DNA from: Opitutales bacterium | GTDB lineage: Bacteria; Verrucomicrobiota; Verrucomicrobiia; Opitutales; Coraliomargaritaceae | NCBI GenBank assembly: GCA_049606355.1 | Contig: JBMYVL010000001.1 | Location: forward strand, 30,001-62,000 | Reading direction: 5' to 3' | Length of the DNA: 32,000 nucleotides | In this document: positions 24,821 through 32,000 of the stretch, piece after piece | How the letters are laid out: each line of letters begins with the position of its first letter | How positions within the stretch are numbered: the stretch's first letter is position 1 | Program-made: the position numbers and the translations under genes | Notes under the pieces: model-generated | What the model was told of the DNA's origin: nothing | What the model saw: the letters and a program-made list of their open reading frames with translations, nothing else | Database searches by the model: none

Positions 24821-25789
24821 TTAATCCAGCGCAGCAAAGGCCGTAAGGATATAATCACGGCTGGCTAAGACCTCATCCACACTCAGCGAGGGGCTTAATT
24901 CGAGCACCAAGCTATGCTCCGGACGCACAAATTCAGCGATCATGCTAAAATCAATCGTCCCGGTACCAGGCACGCGATGGTCCTTACCTGACTCGCTGAC
25001 ATCATGTAAATGAAACCCACTGAGGCGATCCGCCATCGACTGCAAATGCGTGCGGTGGTCGAGCAAGCCCTGCAAATGCTTGATTTGCGCGTGACCCGTA
25101 TCATGCCAATAGGCCATCGTTGCGGATTCCTCCTCCCAGCCTTTCAGGAAATCGGGATACTCGCCATCGATCGGCATCTCTTCCATACCCTCTCGGTTCT
25201 CGAGGCAGAGCTGAAGTCCGAGCTCCTTAGCTGCTGGAACCACCTCATCGTAAGCGGATCGAATGCGCTCCATCGCTTTGGGTGCCGCCTTGCGGATGCG
25301 TTTCATCGCTCGATCACGGCGCTCTAAGTAAGTCTGATTTTCCAGCCATCCGGTGGCAACTAAAGCCTCTTGTTCTGCGATCCACTTTTCGAACTGCGCT
25401 TCCGGTGAAATAAAGAAGAAACTAACGCTACCAGAGTGCATCACCACGCGCGGAGCACCGACTTTGGCCGCAAACGCCAAAGTCTGTTGCGTGTAGCGCA
25501 ACCAAAGATTGCGCTCCCGCGCATCGGTGGCAGAGGGCTGGTAAAGGTTGGGCGCGGCGTGCTGTACACTGCCGGGCAGAGGACAGAAGTTATGCACTGA
25601 AGAGACCTCGATTAATCCCTCGTCCAACGCTTGCAGGATACCGGGCACCAATAAGATTCGGATACCATGGCTGAGCTCCATGCGCTTAAAGCCCAGCGAT
25701 ACAATTTCTTCGACCATCGCATAACCATCACTGTGGCGCGCTGAACACCAGCAGGTAGATAAGGATAAACGGTCCTGAAGAGCTGCCAT
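24821..25789 (-). CDS. Sugar-phosphate isomerase/epimerase (xylose-isomerase-like TIM barrel)
   Basis: About 322 aa. The pattern of H/E/D ligands (VVMHSG, CLENREG, YWHDTGH, HLHD) is typical of the AP-endonuclease-2/xylose-isomerase-like fold. The ATG at 25789 is preferred over the TTG at 25795. Confidence 0.75.
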   Translation of the reverse strand: MAALQDRLSLSTCWCSARHSDGYAMVEEIVSLGFKRMELSHGIRILLVPGILQALDEGLIEVSSVHNFCPLPGSVQHAAPNLYQPSATDARERNLWLRYTQQTLAFAAKVGAPRVVMHSGSVSFFFISPEAQFEKWIAEQEALVATGWLENQTYLERRDRAMKRIRKAAPKAMERIRSAYDEVVPAAKELGLQLCLENREGMEEMPIDGEYPDFLKGWEEESATMAYWHDTGHAQIKHLQGLLDHRTHLQSMADRLSGFHLHDVSESGKDHRVPGTGTIDFSMIAEFVRPEHSLVLELSPSLSVDEVLASRDYILTAFAALD

Positions 25790-25793
25790 AATC

Positions 25794-25827
25794 AAAAAAA
25801 ATCCGGTACGCAGGAAGCGACACCGGA
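25794..25827 (-). terminator. Rho-independent terminator of rpsU
   Basis: The minus strand reads TCCGGTGTCGCTTCCTGCGTACCGGA followed by TTTTTTTT. The stem is 6 bp (TCCGGT/ACCGGA) and the T-run is 8 nt. Confidence 0.7.
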
Positions 25828-25891
25828 ATTAGCGTTTCAGAAATGCACCGGAACGACAAGCGCAGGCACAACCCTGTGAAGCCACTCAGAT

Positions 25892-26092
25892 CTACATCTT
25901 AGAGTAGCGCACCCGCAGCATGTTATTAAAATCAAGCTCCTTCTTCTTGCGGCGCTTGGCCTGCGAAGGCTTCTCGAAATAACGCTTTGCGCGCACATCG
26001 CGGATCACACCTTCACGGTCGAGGCGCTTCTTAAGGCGGCGAAGCGCACGTTCCATGGGCTCACCTTTACGGACTTGGACATCGAGTGACAT
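25892..26092 (-). CDS. rpsU: 30S ribosomal protein S21
   Basis: 66-aa basic protein. ERALRRLKKRLDREGVIRDVRAKRYFEKPSQAKRRKKKE matches the S21 pattern. Confidence 0.95.
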   Translation of the reverse strand: MSLDVQVRKGEPMERALRRLKKRLDREGVIRDVRAKRYFEKPSQAKRRKKKELDFNNMLRVRYSKM

Positions 26093-26165
26093 AAAAACTA
26101 TTCTCTGATTAAGTGAAAAAGAGGGTGGAAAATGGCAGCGAAGCCTCCTTCGTCAACTCTTATTT

Positions 26166-27389
26166 TTAGTCCGTTAAGCTCAACGAAACGACATTCTCAA
26201 TGTGTCGGGTATGCGGGAACAAATCAAAGGGCTGAATTCGCGTGATCGTATAACCGCCAGCCACAAACTCCTTAAGGTCACGCGCCTGAGTCGCCGGATC
26301 ACAGGACACATAAACCACGCGCTGCGGCCGATACTCCAGTAATTGCTGGCGGAAACTCTCGTCACATCCCTTGCGCGGCGGGTCAATCACCATCGCGGTC
26401 TCCGCGGCAGGGAACTTCAGCCCGTTAAAGATCGCCTCCGCTTTACCGATCAAGAAGCGGGCGTTATCAATCCCGCTGATTTTAGCATTCGCTTGCGCCC
26501 ACAGGACCGACTGCTGACTAATCTCCACGCCGGCAACCTGCTCAAAAGACGGTGCGGTCGACAACGCGAAAAGCCCCACGCCGCAATAAGCATCCACCAA
26601 ATAGCGGGCACCCTGTGCGGAAGCTTCCGATGCCACATACTCGACCATCTTCGGCAAGATAAAGGGGTTATTTTGAAAGAACTCACCCACCTTAAACTGA
26701 AAGGTTAAATCACCGACGCGCTCCGAGACAATTGCCTGCGGGTCGGTGATGATTCCCTCAACCACGTCACGCAACAGGATCGTGCCGCCGCGCTGCCGCC
26801 GTTTCTTGCCCCCGGCACGACGTGCTTCCTCGCGCACCTCCGGCAACGCCTGGTTAATCGCCTCGGTCGCAATCGGGCACTGCTCGACATCGACAATCTG
26901 ATTGCGGCGCCCATAGCGCAAAAATCCGATTGGCTGACTGCCATCCTTTGCAGGTCGATTATAGTGCGGCGTAATCTTAGAACGGTAATGGTACACTTCC
27001 GGGGAACCGATGGCCGGCTCGACCGGGTGCTCAATCGCACCGAGCTTCTGCAGCAATGCTTCGACCTGGCGTGTCTTCTCGCCCAGTTGGCGCTCATAAC
27101 TGATGTGCTGGTACTGACAGCCCCCACAGGTGGTATACAGGGAACACTTCGGTTGCACTCGATCCGGCGACGGCTCCAAGACCTCCACTAAATCCGCATC
27201 CGAGTAATTGGTGAAGTTCCGGAAAATGCGTGCCCTTACTTTTTCGCCGGGAATCACAAAGGGGACCATCACCACCCAACCGTCAACACGCCCCAAGCCC
27301 ATGCCCAAGTTGGTCAGTCCTTCCACAGTTAATTCGACTTCCTGATGATAATCGAAGGGTTCAGCGACAAAGTTTTTTGGTACGTCCAT
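26166..27389 (-). CDS. TRAM-domain, Fe-S-containing RNA (uracil-C5)-methyltransferase (RlmD/RumA family)
   Basis: N-terminal TRAM (VELTVEGLTNLGMGLGRVDGWVVMVPFVIPGEKVRARI), Cys cluster CSLYTTCGGCQYQH plus a later C, SAM motif VDAYCGVGLF, and catalytic VYVSCDPAT. Confidence 0.85.
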   Translation of the reverse strand: MDVPKNFVAEPFDYHQEVELTVEGLTNLGMGLGRVDGWVVMVPFVIPGEKVRARIFRNFTNYSDADLVEVLEPSPDRVQPKCSLYTTCGGCQYQHISYERQLGEKTRQVEALLQKLGAIEHPVEPAIGSPEVYHYRSKITPHYNRPAKDGSQPIGFLRYGRRNQIVDVEQCPIATEAINQALPEVREEARRAGGKKRRQRGGTILLRDVVEGIITDPQAIVSERVGDLTFQFKVGEFFQNNPFILPKMVEYVASEASAQGARYLVDAYCGVGLFALSTAPSFEQVAGVEISQQSVLWAQANAKISGIDNARFLIGKAEAIFNGLKFPAAETAMVIDPPRKGCDESFRQQLLEYRPQRVVYVSCDPATQARDLKEFVAGGYTITRIQPFDLFPHTRHIENVVSLSLTD

Positions 27390-27475
27390 GCCCTCTGGTT
27401 CACAAAGCTGTGGATTCGTGCAACCTTAAAATCGACAAAGCGGGCCACAAGCAGCTAGCTTGTGCCCTTTCATTT

Positions 27476-28294
27476 ATGGACGACAGCTACATACAGAGCC
27501 CACACAATGACCAAGTGAAGAACCTGGTAAAGCTGCGCGAACGCAAACACCGCGAACGCCAGGGACGTTTCCTGGTGGAAGGCCTGCGTGAACTGGGCCA
27601 TGCCCTCGGCGCCGGTTTTGAGATTGAGACGATTTACCACTGCCCTGAATTGTTTTCGAGTGAGGCGCACCGCAGCTTTGTCGATCGGATCCGCCGCGAG
27701 CGCAGCCATTCACTGACGCGCATGAGCGAAGCGGCCTTCAGTAAAGCCGCGGGTCGCGAAGGACCCGATGGCCTGATCGCGATCGGCAAGCAGCAAGGGC
27801 ACTCCCTGCACGAACTCGAACTCACTGAGAGCCCGCTCATCCTAATTCTCGAGGGCATTGAAAAACCGGGCAATCTCGGTGCCATCCTGCGCAGCGCTGA
27901 TGGCGCGGGAGCCGACGCGATCGTTTTGGTCGACTGCATACTGGACTACTACAATCCAAACGCCATCCGCTCCTCCCAAGGGCTGATCTTCGCCCTACCG
28001 ATTGTCAGCGCCAGCCGTGAGCAAGTCCGCAGCTGGCTACAGTCCCATCATATTCACACGGTGGCCGCCACTCCCGACACCGAAAACCTGCACTGGAGTG
28101 CGGACTACACTCAAGCAACCGCACTTCTCTTCGGCAGCGAAAGCGATGGCCTCACCGACTACTGGCTCAACGAGGCGGATAAACGCATCCGCATCCAAAT
28201 GAACGGCCGTGCCGACTCCCTCAATGTCGCTGCAGCCGCTGCGGTTTGCCTCTACGAAGCGCGGCGGCAACGCGATACCCGCCGAACCGTCTAA
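27476..28294 (+). CDS. TrmH/SpoU-family RNA 2'-O-methyltransferase
   Basis: SpoU motifs LEGIEKPGNLGAILRSADGAG, LLFGSESDGL and DSLNVAAAAAVCLYE. The 5' 246 nt of the track ORF (27230-27475) overlap the RlmD-like gene and are discarded. ATG at 27476. Confidence 0.85.
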   Translation: MDDSYIQSPHNDQVKNLVKLRERKHRERQGRFLVEGLRELGHALGAGFEIETIYHCPELFSSEAHRSFVDRIRRERSHSLTRMSEAAFSKAAGREGPDGLIAIGKQQGHSLHELELTESPLILILEGIEKPGNLGAILRSADGAGADAIVLVDCILDYYNPNAIRSSQGLIFALPIVSASREQVRSWLQSHHIHTVAATPDTENLHWSADYTQATALLFGSESDGLTDYWLNEADKRIRIQMNGRADSLNVAAAAAVCLYEARRQRDTRRTV

Positions 28295-29283
28295 AAGCCA
28301 CGCGCGCTGAGGTCCGCGATCGTCTGTTCGAGCGCTTCGCTCATCGTTACTCGAGGGCGATAGCCCAAATCAGCCTGTGCAGCACTGATATCAAAATAAT
28401 GATCCTTGGCGAGTTCGACCGCGACAAAACGCGTCATCGGTGGCTCCCCGGCTCGTCCCGTACATTTCCACAATCCTTCACACACCGCACCCGCCGCATA
28501 TGCGATCGGCAGTGGCACTTTTTGTGTGATCGGTGCGTGCCCGAGTTTTTGTAGGATGTCATTGAGCCACGGCCACAGCTGCACGGGCTCCCCTTGAGAA
28601 ATAAAATAGGCCTTCCCCGCGCACTGCCCGGACTCCAGCGCATCCAACGCAGCCAGGTGTGCGTCTGCCACATTACCCACATAGCTGACATCCACTTTGG
28701 CTGCGCCGTCGCCAACAACCTTCAAACGTCCGGCGCGGGCACTTTCGATGACGCGTGGAAGTAAATGTGGGTCCCCCGGACCGAACACCAGATGCGGGCG
28801 CAAGGCCACCACTCGCAAGTCCGGACCATTCGCCGCCAAGATCTCCGCTTCAGCGATGGCTTTGGTGTGTGCGTAGTGACACAGCCAGTTCCGCCCATAC
28901 GGCATCGACTCATCCTGACCGCAAATCGGCTTACGATTAAACACCACACTGGGGGTACTGGTATACACCAATCGACCGATGCCATTCGCCCGACAAGCGG
29001 CAACAATGTGACGCGAGCCGATTACATTGGGCTGGTAAAAACTCTCCCAACTACCCCACACGCCGGCCTTGGCAGCCACATGAAAGACCGCGTCCATACC
29101 TTGGCAGGCAGCCTTCACTGCTGCCGCATCCGATAAATCACCGCGCACAAACTCAACACCCTTAGCCTCCAGCTCGGGCTGCGCGGATCGGCCAATCGCC
29201 CGCACCGTAGATCCACGCGCCAACAAACGATCGACCACCGCTCCGCCCACAAAACCACCCCCACCTGTCACTAACACTCGCAT
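28291..29283 (-). CDS. oleD: OleD-like NAD(P)H-dependent reductase (3-beta-HSD / extended SDR family)
   Basis: VLVTGGGGFVGGAVV Rossmann motif, YAHTKAIAE (YxxxK), LVYTSTPSV, GKAYFISQGEP and GEPPMTRF. From memory, closely patterned on Xanthomonas OleD. Starts 3 nt after the oleC-like stop. Confidence 0.7.
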   Translation of the reverse strand: MRVLVTGGGGFVGGAVVDRLLARGSTVRAIGRSAQPELEAKGVEFVRGDLSDAAAVKAACQGMDAVFHVAAKAGVWGSWESFYQPNVIGSRHIVAACRANGIGRLVYTSTPSVVFNRKPICGQDESMPYGRNWLCHYAHTKAIAEAEILAANGPDLRVVALRPHLVFGPGDPHLLPRVIESARAGRLKVVGDGAAKVDVSYVGNVADAHLAALDALESGQCAGKAYFISQGEPVQLWPWLNDILQKLGHAPITQKVPLPIAYAAGAVCEGLWKCTGRAGEPPMTRFVAVELAKDHYFDISAAQADLGYRPRVTMSEALEQTIADLSARGF

Positions 29284-29286
29284 GCG

Positions 29287-30930
29287 TTATTCCTTTGCTA
29301 AGCTAAAATCCTGCACCCTGCCAAACTGCTTCGCCAATCGCAGCCGGTTGATTTTCGCATTGTGGCGGACGTCGACTGGAAAACGAGCCGCAAAGAAAAA
29401 ACGATCGATCCCCTGAGTGCAGGCAACTGTAGCACCAAGCACCTTTAAGGCAGCAACAAAGGCACGTCGCGCGGCAGCTGATTTCGGGAAAGCGCCGGGC
29501 TCAGGCTCCACCACAATCGCCGGGCGTCCGTTCCCGCTATCAATCAATGCCGAGCGAAATACCTGCGGGTGCTGATTAAAGACCGCTTCACAGCAGTCCG
29601 TGTAGAGTACCTGCTCCGCCGTGCGGACCCGCTCTGCCTTGCGCCCGCAAAACCACAAGCGCCCATCCGTATCGAGCCAGCCCATATCACCCATGCGATG
29701 CCAGTGCACCTCCCCATCCGCGACCTTCGAGTTGGCATCGGCTTCGGGTAATTTGTCGTAATGCCGCGTCACCGAAGGTCCCTGTACAAGAATCTCGCCG
29801 ATTTCCCCAGCCGCACACTCCCGCGTCGCAGCGAGTGTCGCAATCGCACCCTCGGTGGGCTCAATCACACGCACGCGAACTCCCGGAAGTGCTTGGCCCA
29901 CACAGGTGCCCTCACCCTGCCGTGTGCGCGCGGCGGTTTCCTGCAAGACTTCACGCGCAGCAATGGAGCTCACCGGTAAGGCCTCGGTGGCCCCATAAGG
30001 GGTATGGATTTCTCCATTGGGCAAGATGCGCCGCATCTGCTCCATTAATTTCGGCGGCACCGGCGCACCGGCCATCAAAATGCGTCGCAAGCTCGGCAAG
30101 ACAATCTGTTGCTCCTCACAGTAACGGGCAATCTTACTCCACAAAGCCGGCGAACCAAAACTAGTCGTCACCGCATTCTGTTGAATCGCCCGAACGATCT
30201 TCTCCGGATCCACCGTAGCGGGTCGACTCGGATTCATTTCCGGCACGATCGTACACATACCAAGCGCCGGATTAAACAAGGCAAACACCGGCAGCATCGG
30301 TAGGTCCACCTCACCTGGCTCGATCGCGTACTGATCGCGAATCGCCTCCACTTGGGCAGCAAACATGCCGTGCGCATAACACACGCCCTTCGCAGGTCCC
30401 GTCGACCCCGAGGTGAACAAGATCGCGGCCAACTCATCGGCAGCCGAATCCACCACCGCATAGGCACCCTTGCCCGAATACGACTGGATCCTGCGGCTGA
30501 ACGAACGCCCCACGCCCACCTTCGAACGCAGTCCCTTAAAACTAGCGCGGAAAATTCTCGAAAGCCAAATCGCCAGCGGCACCCCAACCAAAGCCTGCGG
30601 CTGCGAATGGCGCACACAGCGCAAAAAGCTCCTCAAACCCATCCCCGGATCAATTACGATTGGCACCGCACCCAGCTTAAACAATGCAAAGACCAGGCGG
30701 ATCAAATCCAAACCGGGCGTCACCATTAACAACACCCGAGTCCCGCGGCCGATACCCTTGGCCTCCAGTAGATGTGCCGTTGCCGAGGCTTCCGCTTCCA
30801 GTTGCGTAAAGCTGCGCTCCGTATAACGAATCGCGCCAGCTGCGGTACGCCCAACCGGCGCACGCACGGCGGGTTGGTCCGGTTGCTGGCGGGCCTGCTC
30901 AGCGAGAAAATGGGCGACGTTGTGGGCCAT
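29287..30930 (-). CDS. oleC: OleC-like AMP-dependent synthetase (beta-lactone synthetase family)
   Basis: ANL-superfamily motifs ILFTSGSTGPAKGV, TPYGATE and GEIGEILVQGP. OleC-typical blocks LFALFKLGAVPIVIDPG, PVFALFNPALG, HRMGDMGWLDTDGRLWFCGRK and the C-terminal FPVDVRHNAKINR. Confidence 0.75.
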   Translation of the reverse strand: MAHNVAHFLAEQARQQPDQPAVRAPVGRTAAGAIRYTERSFTQLEAEASATAHLLEAKGIGRGTRVLLMVTPGLDLIRLVFALFKLGAVPIVIDPGMGLRSFLRCVRHSQPQALVGVPLAIWLSRIFRASFKGLRSKVGVGRSFSRRIQSYSGKGAYAVVDSAADELAAILFTSGSTGPAKGVCYAHGMFAAQVEAIRDQYAIEPGEVDLPMLPVFALFNPALGMCTIVPEMNPSRPATVDPEKIVRAIQQNAVTTSFGSPALWSKIARYCEEQQIVLPSLRRILMAGAPVPPKLMEQMRRILPNGEIHTPYGATEALPVSSIAAREVLQETAARTRQGEGTCVGQALPGVRVRVIEPTEGAIATLAATRECAAGEIGEILVQGPSVTRHYDKLPEADANSKVADGEVHWHRMGDMGWLDTDGRLWFCGRKAERVRTAEQVLYTDCCEAVFNQHPQVFRSALIDSGNGRPAIVVEPEPGAFPKSAAARRAFVAALKVLGATVACTQGIDRFFFAARFPVDVRHNAKINRLRLAKQFGRVQDFSLAKE

Positions 30931-30973
30931 GGCAGTTGCCTTGCATCAGGCAACAGGAGCCCACTGCTGCCAA

Positions 30974-31017
30974 CAAAAAAAGCAGGTCGCCATCGTTCCG
31001 GAGCAAACGCCGCGACC
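30974..31017 (-). terminator. Rho-independent terminator of the TonB-dependent receptor gene
   Basis: The minus strand reads GGTCGCGGCGTTTGCTCCGGAACGATGGCGACC followed by TGCTTTTTTTG. Outer stem GGTCGC/GCGACC, inner stem CGTT/AACG, then a T-run, 31 nt after the stop. Confidence 0.6.
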
Positions 31018-31047
31018 CGCTCGCTTCAACCACTGCATTGTTACGCA

Positions 31048-32000
31048 TTAGAAGCTCAAGCGAGCTCCGAAGTAGGCACTGCGGCCAAGTACTGGATACC
31101 CATATGAAAGCGCATATGCTTCATCCAAGAGGTTATGAACCCGAGCAAAGAGCGAGAGAGACTCGCTCAACTCTAAATCAGCAACCAAGTTTACGGTCAT
31201 AAAGTCTTCAATCTCAGAATTGTAGTTCTGGTAGTTATCACGCTCGCGATCGACCTGCCCGACTGCATTCGCACCGATCCGAAATGCCTCAACAGGTTGG
31301 TACGCAGCCGAGAGCTGAAACAAATGACGCGGTCGATATGGCAGGCGTAACTCATCAAAATCGTTCAAAGGAGAGCCTATGTAATCATTGGCCTTCGCGT
31401 CCATGTATGTGTAACCAAAGCTAAGTTCAATTTGCTTGGTAGGGGCATAATCCAATGAGAATTCAACACCTTGCGTCGTCGCTGCCCTCACGTTGTAGGT
31501 ATCTGACGGATACACTGCATCCGGCCACACACCTATTGGCGGATGCGCTACATACTGAATCAGATTGTCGATTTCATTGCGAAAGAGGACCACACTCCAC
31601 TTTAAGTCATCTCCGGAGAGAAACTGACGTAGACCGACCTCATAGCTTAGGCTTTCCTCGGGGTCCAGCGGCGTATCAATCGATACATTCATTGGATCCA
31701 AATTTTCATCAAAGGCCAGATCTTGTGCTGTCGGTGGCGCATAGGATGTGGCCACCTTGGCGAAGAAACTCAGGTCCGTTTCCGGTATATAAAAAATCGC
31801 TTCAAGGTTACCCGTCGACGCATCATCAAAATCACTGAAAGCATCGCAACGCACCCCACCACGTAATTCGACCACATCACTCAATTGCCAGAGCAATTGA
31901 GTAAACAACCCATATTGACTGAGGTCTTCACCATAGAAACTCGGTCGCGTTAACTGTTCCAGACGATAGAGCCCTCCCACGGTAAGCAACGCCGCATCAT
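31048..32000 (-). CDS. TonB-dependent outer-membrane receptor, C-terminal beta-barrel part (5' end outside the window)
   Basis: Alternating beta-strand pattern. Terminal motif ...GRSAYFGARLSF ends in an aromatic residue. The frame stays open to the window edge. Confidence 0.8.
   Translation of the reverse strand, partial: DAALLTVGGLYRLEQLTRPSFYGEDLSQYGLFTQLLWQLSDVVELRGGVRCDAFSDFDDASTGNLEAIFYIPETDLSFFAKVATSYAPPTAQDLAFDENLDPMNVSIDTPLDPEESLSYEVGLRQFLSGDDLKWSVVLFRNEIDNLIQYVAHPPIGVWPDAVYPSDTYNVRAATTQGVEFSLDYAPTKQIELSFGYTYMDAKANDYIGSPLNDFDELRLPYRPRHLFQLSAAYQPVEAFRIGANAVGQVDRERDNYQNYNSEIEDFMTVNLVADLELSESLSLFARVHNLLDEAYALSYGYPVLGRSAYFGARLSF

Noticed and set aside
27230-27475. 5' extension of the TrmH-family ORF, giving 354 aa in the track
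   Set aside because: The extension overlaps the start of the RlmD-like gene on the opposite strand and translates to a low-complexity Pro/Arg/Ser-rich sequence. The SpoU-family homology begins right after the ATG at 27476.

Overview
Densely packed, mostly housekeeping chromosomal segment from a diderm (Gram-negative-type) bacterium. It reads to me as PVC/Verrucomicrobia-like (few Shine-Dalgarno sites, Mla system, TonB-dependent receptor, prepilin peptidase, ole genes), but that is a weak inference. I can support 33 protein-coding genes, 2 convergent tRNA genes (Gly-UCC, Tyr-GUA), several intrinsic-terminator hairpins and one good sigma-54-type promoter. Content in order: TatD hydrolase and DUF983; a five-gene Mla operon (mlaE-F-D-C-A); the two tRNAs; prepilin peptidase, aroE, yggS; a LysR regulator followed by a large secreted M16 peptidase and a small orphan protein; a divergent Mn-type DtxR regulator and cysteine-motif permease; fmt, a DEDDh exonuclease, an IMPase/HisN-like phosphatase, a SulP/STAS transporter, ruvX, manC and a second IMPase-like protein; tsf-rpsB; two tandem Hsp20 genes; a sugar-phosphate isomerase, rpsU, an RlmD-like and a TrmH-like RNA methyltransferase; an oleC-oleD pair; and the 3' part of a TonB-dependent receptor. 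I saw no CRISPR array, transposase, integrase, phage genes, toxin-antitoxin pair or recognisable defence module. I did not find a convincing novel multi-gene system. The best leads are modest: (1) a sigma-54 -24/-12 promoter driving the tandem sHSP operon; (2) an oleC-oleD pair without adjacent oleA/oleB; (3) a Mn-type DtxR regulator divergent from a CSCS-motif DUF318/ArsP-type permease; (4) an M16 peptidase with an extra 113-aa C-terminal domain, apparently co-transcribed with an orphan 149-aa protein; (5) ruvX with no canonical start codon, in frame with the manC stop. All family assignments come from motif recognition by eye, not from searches.
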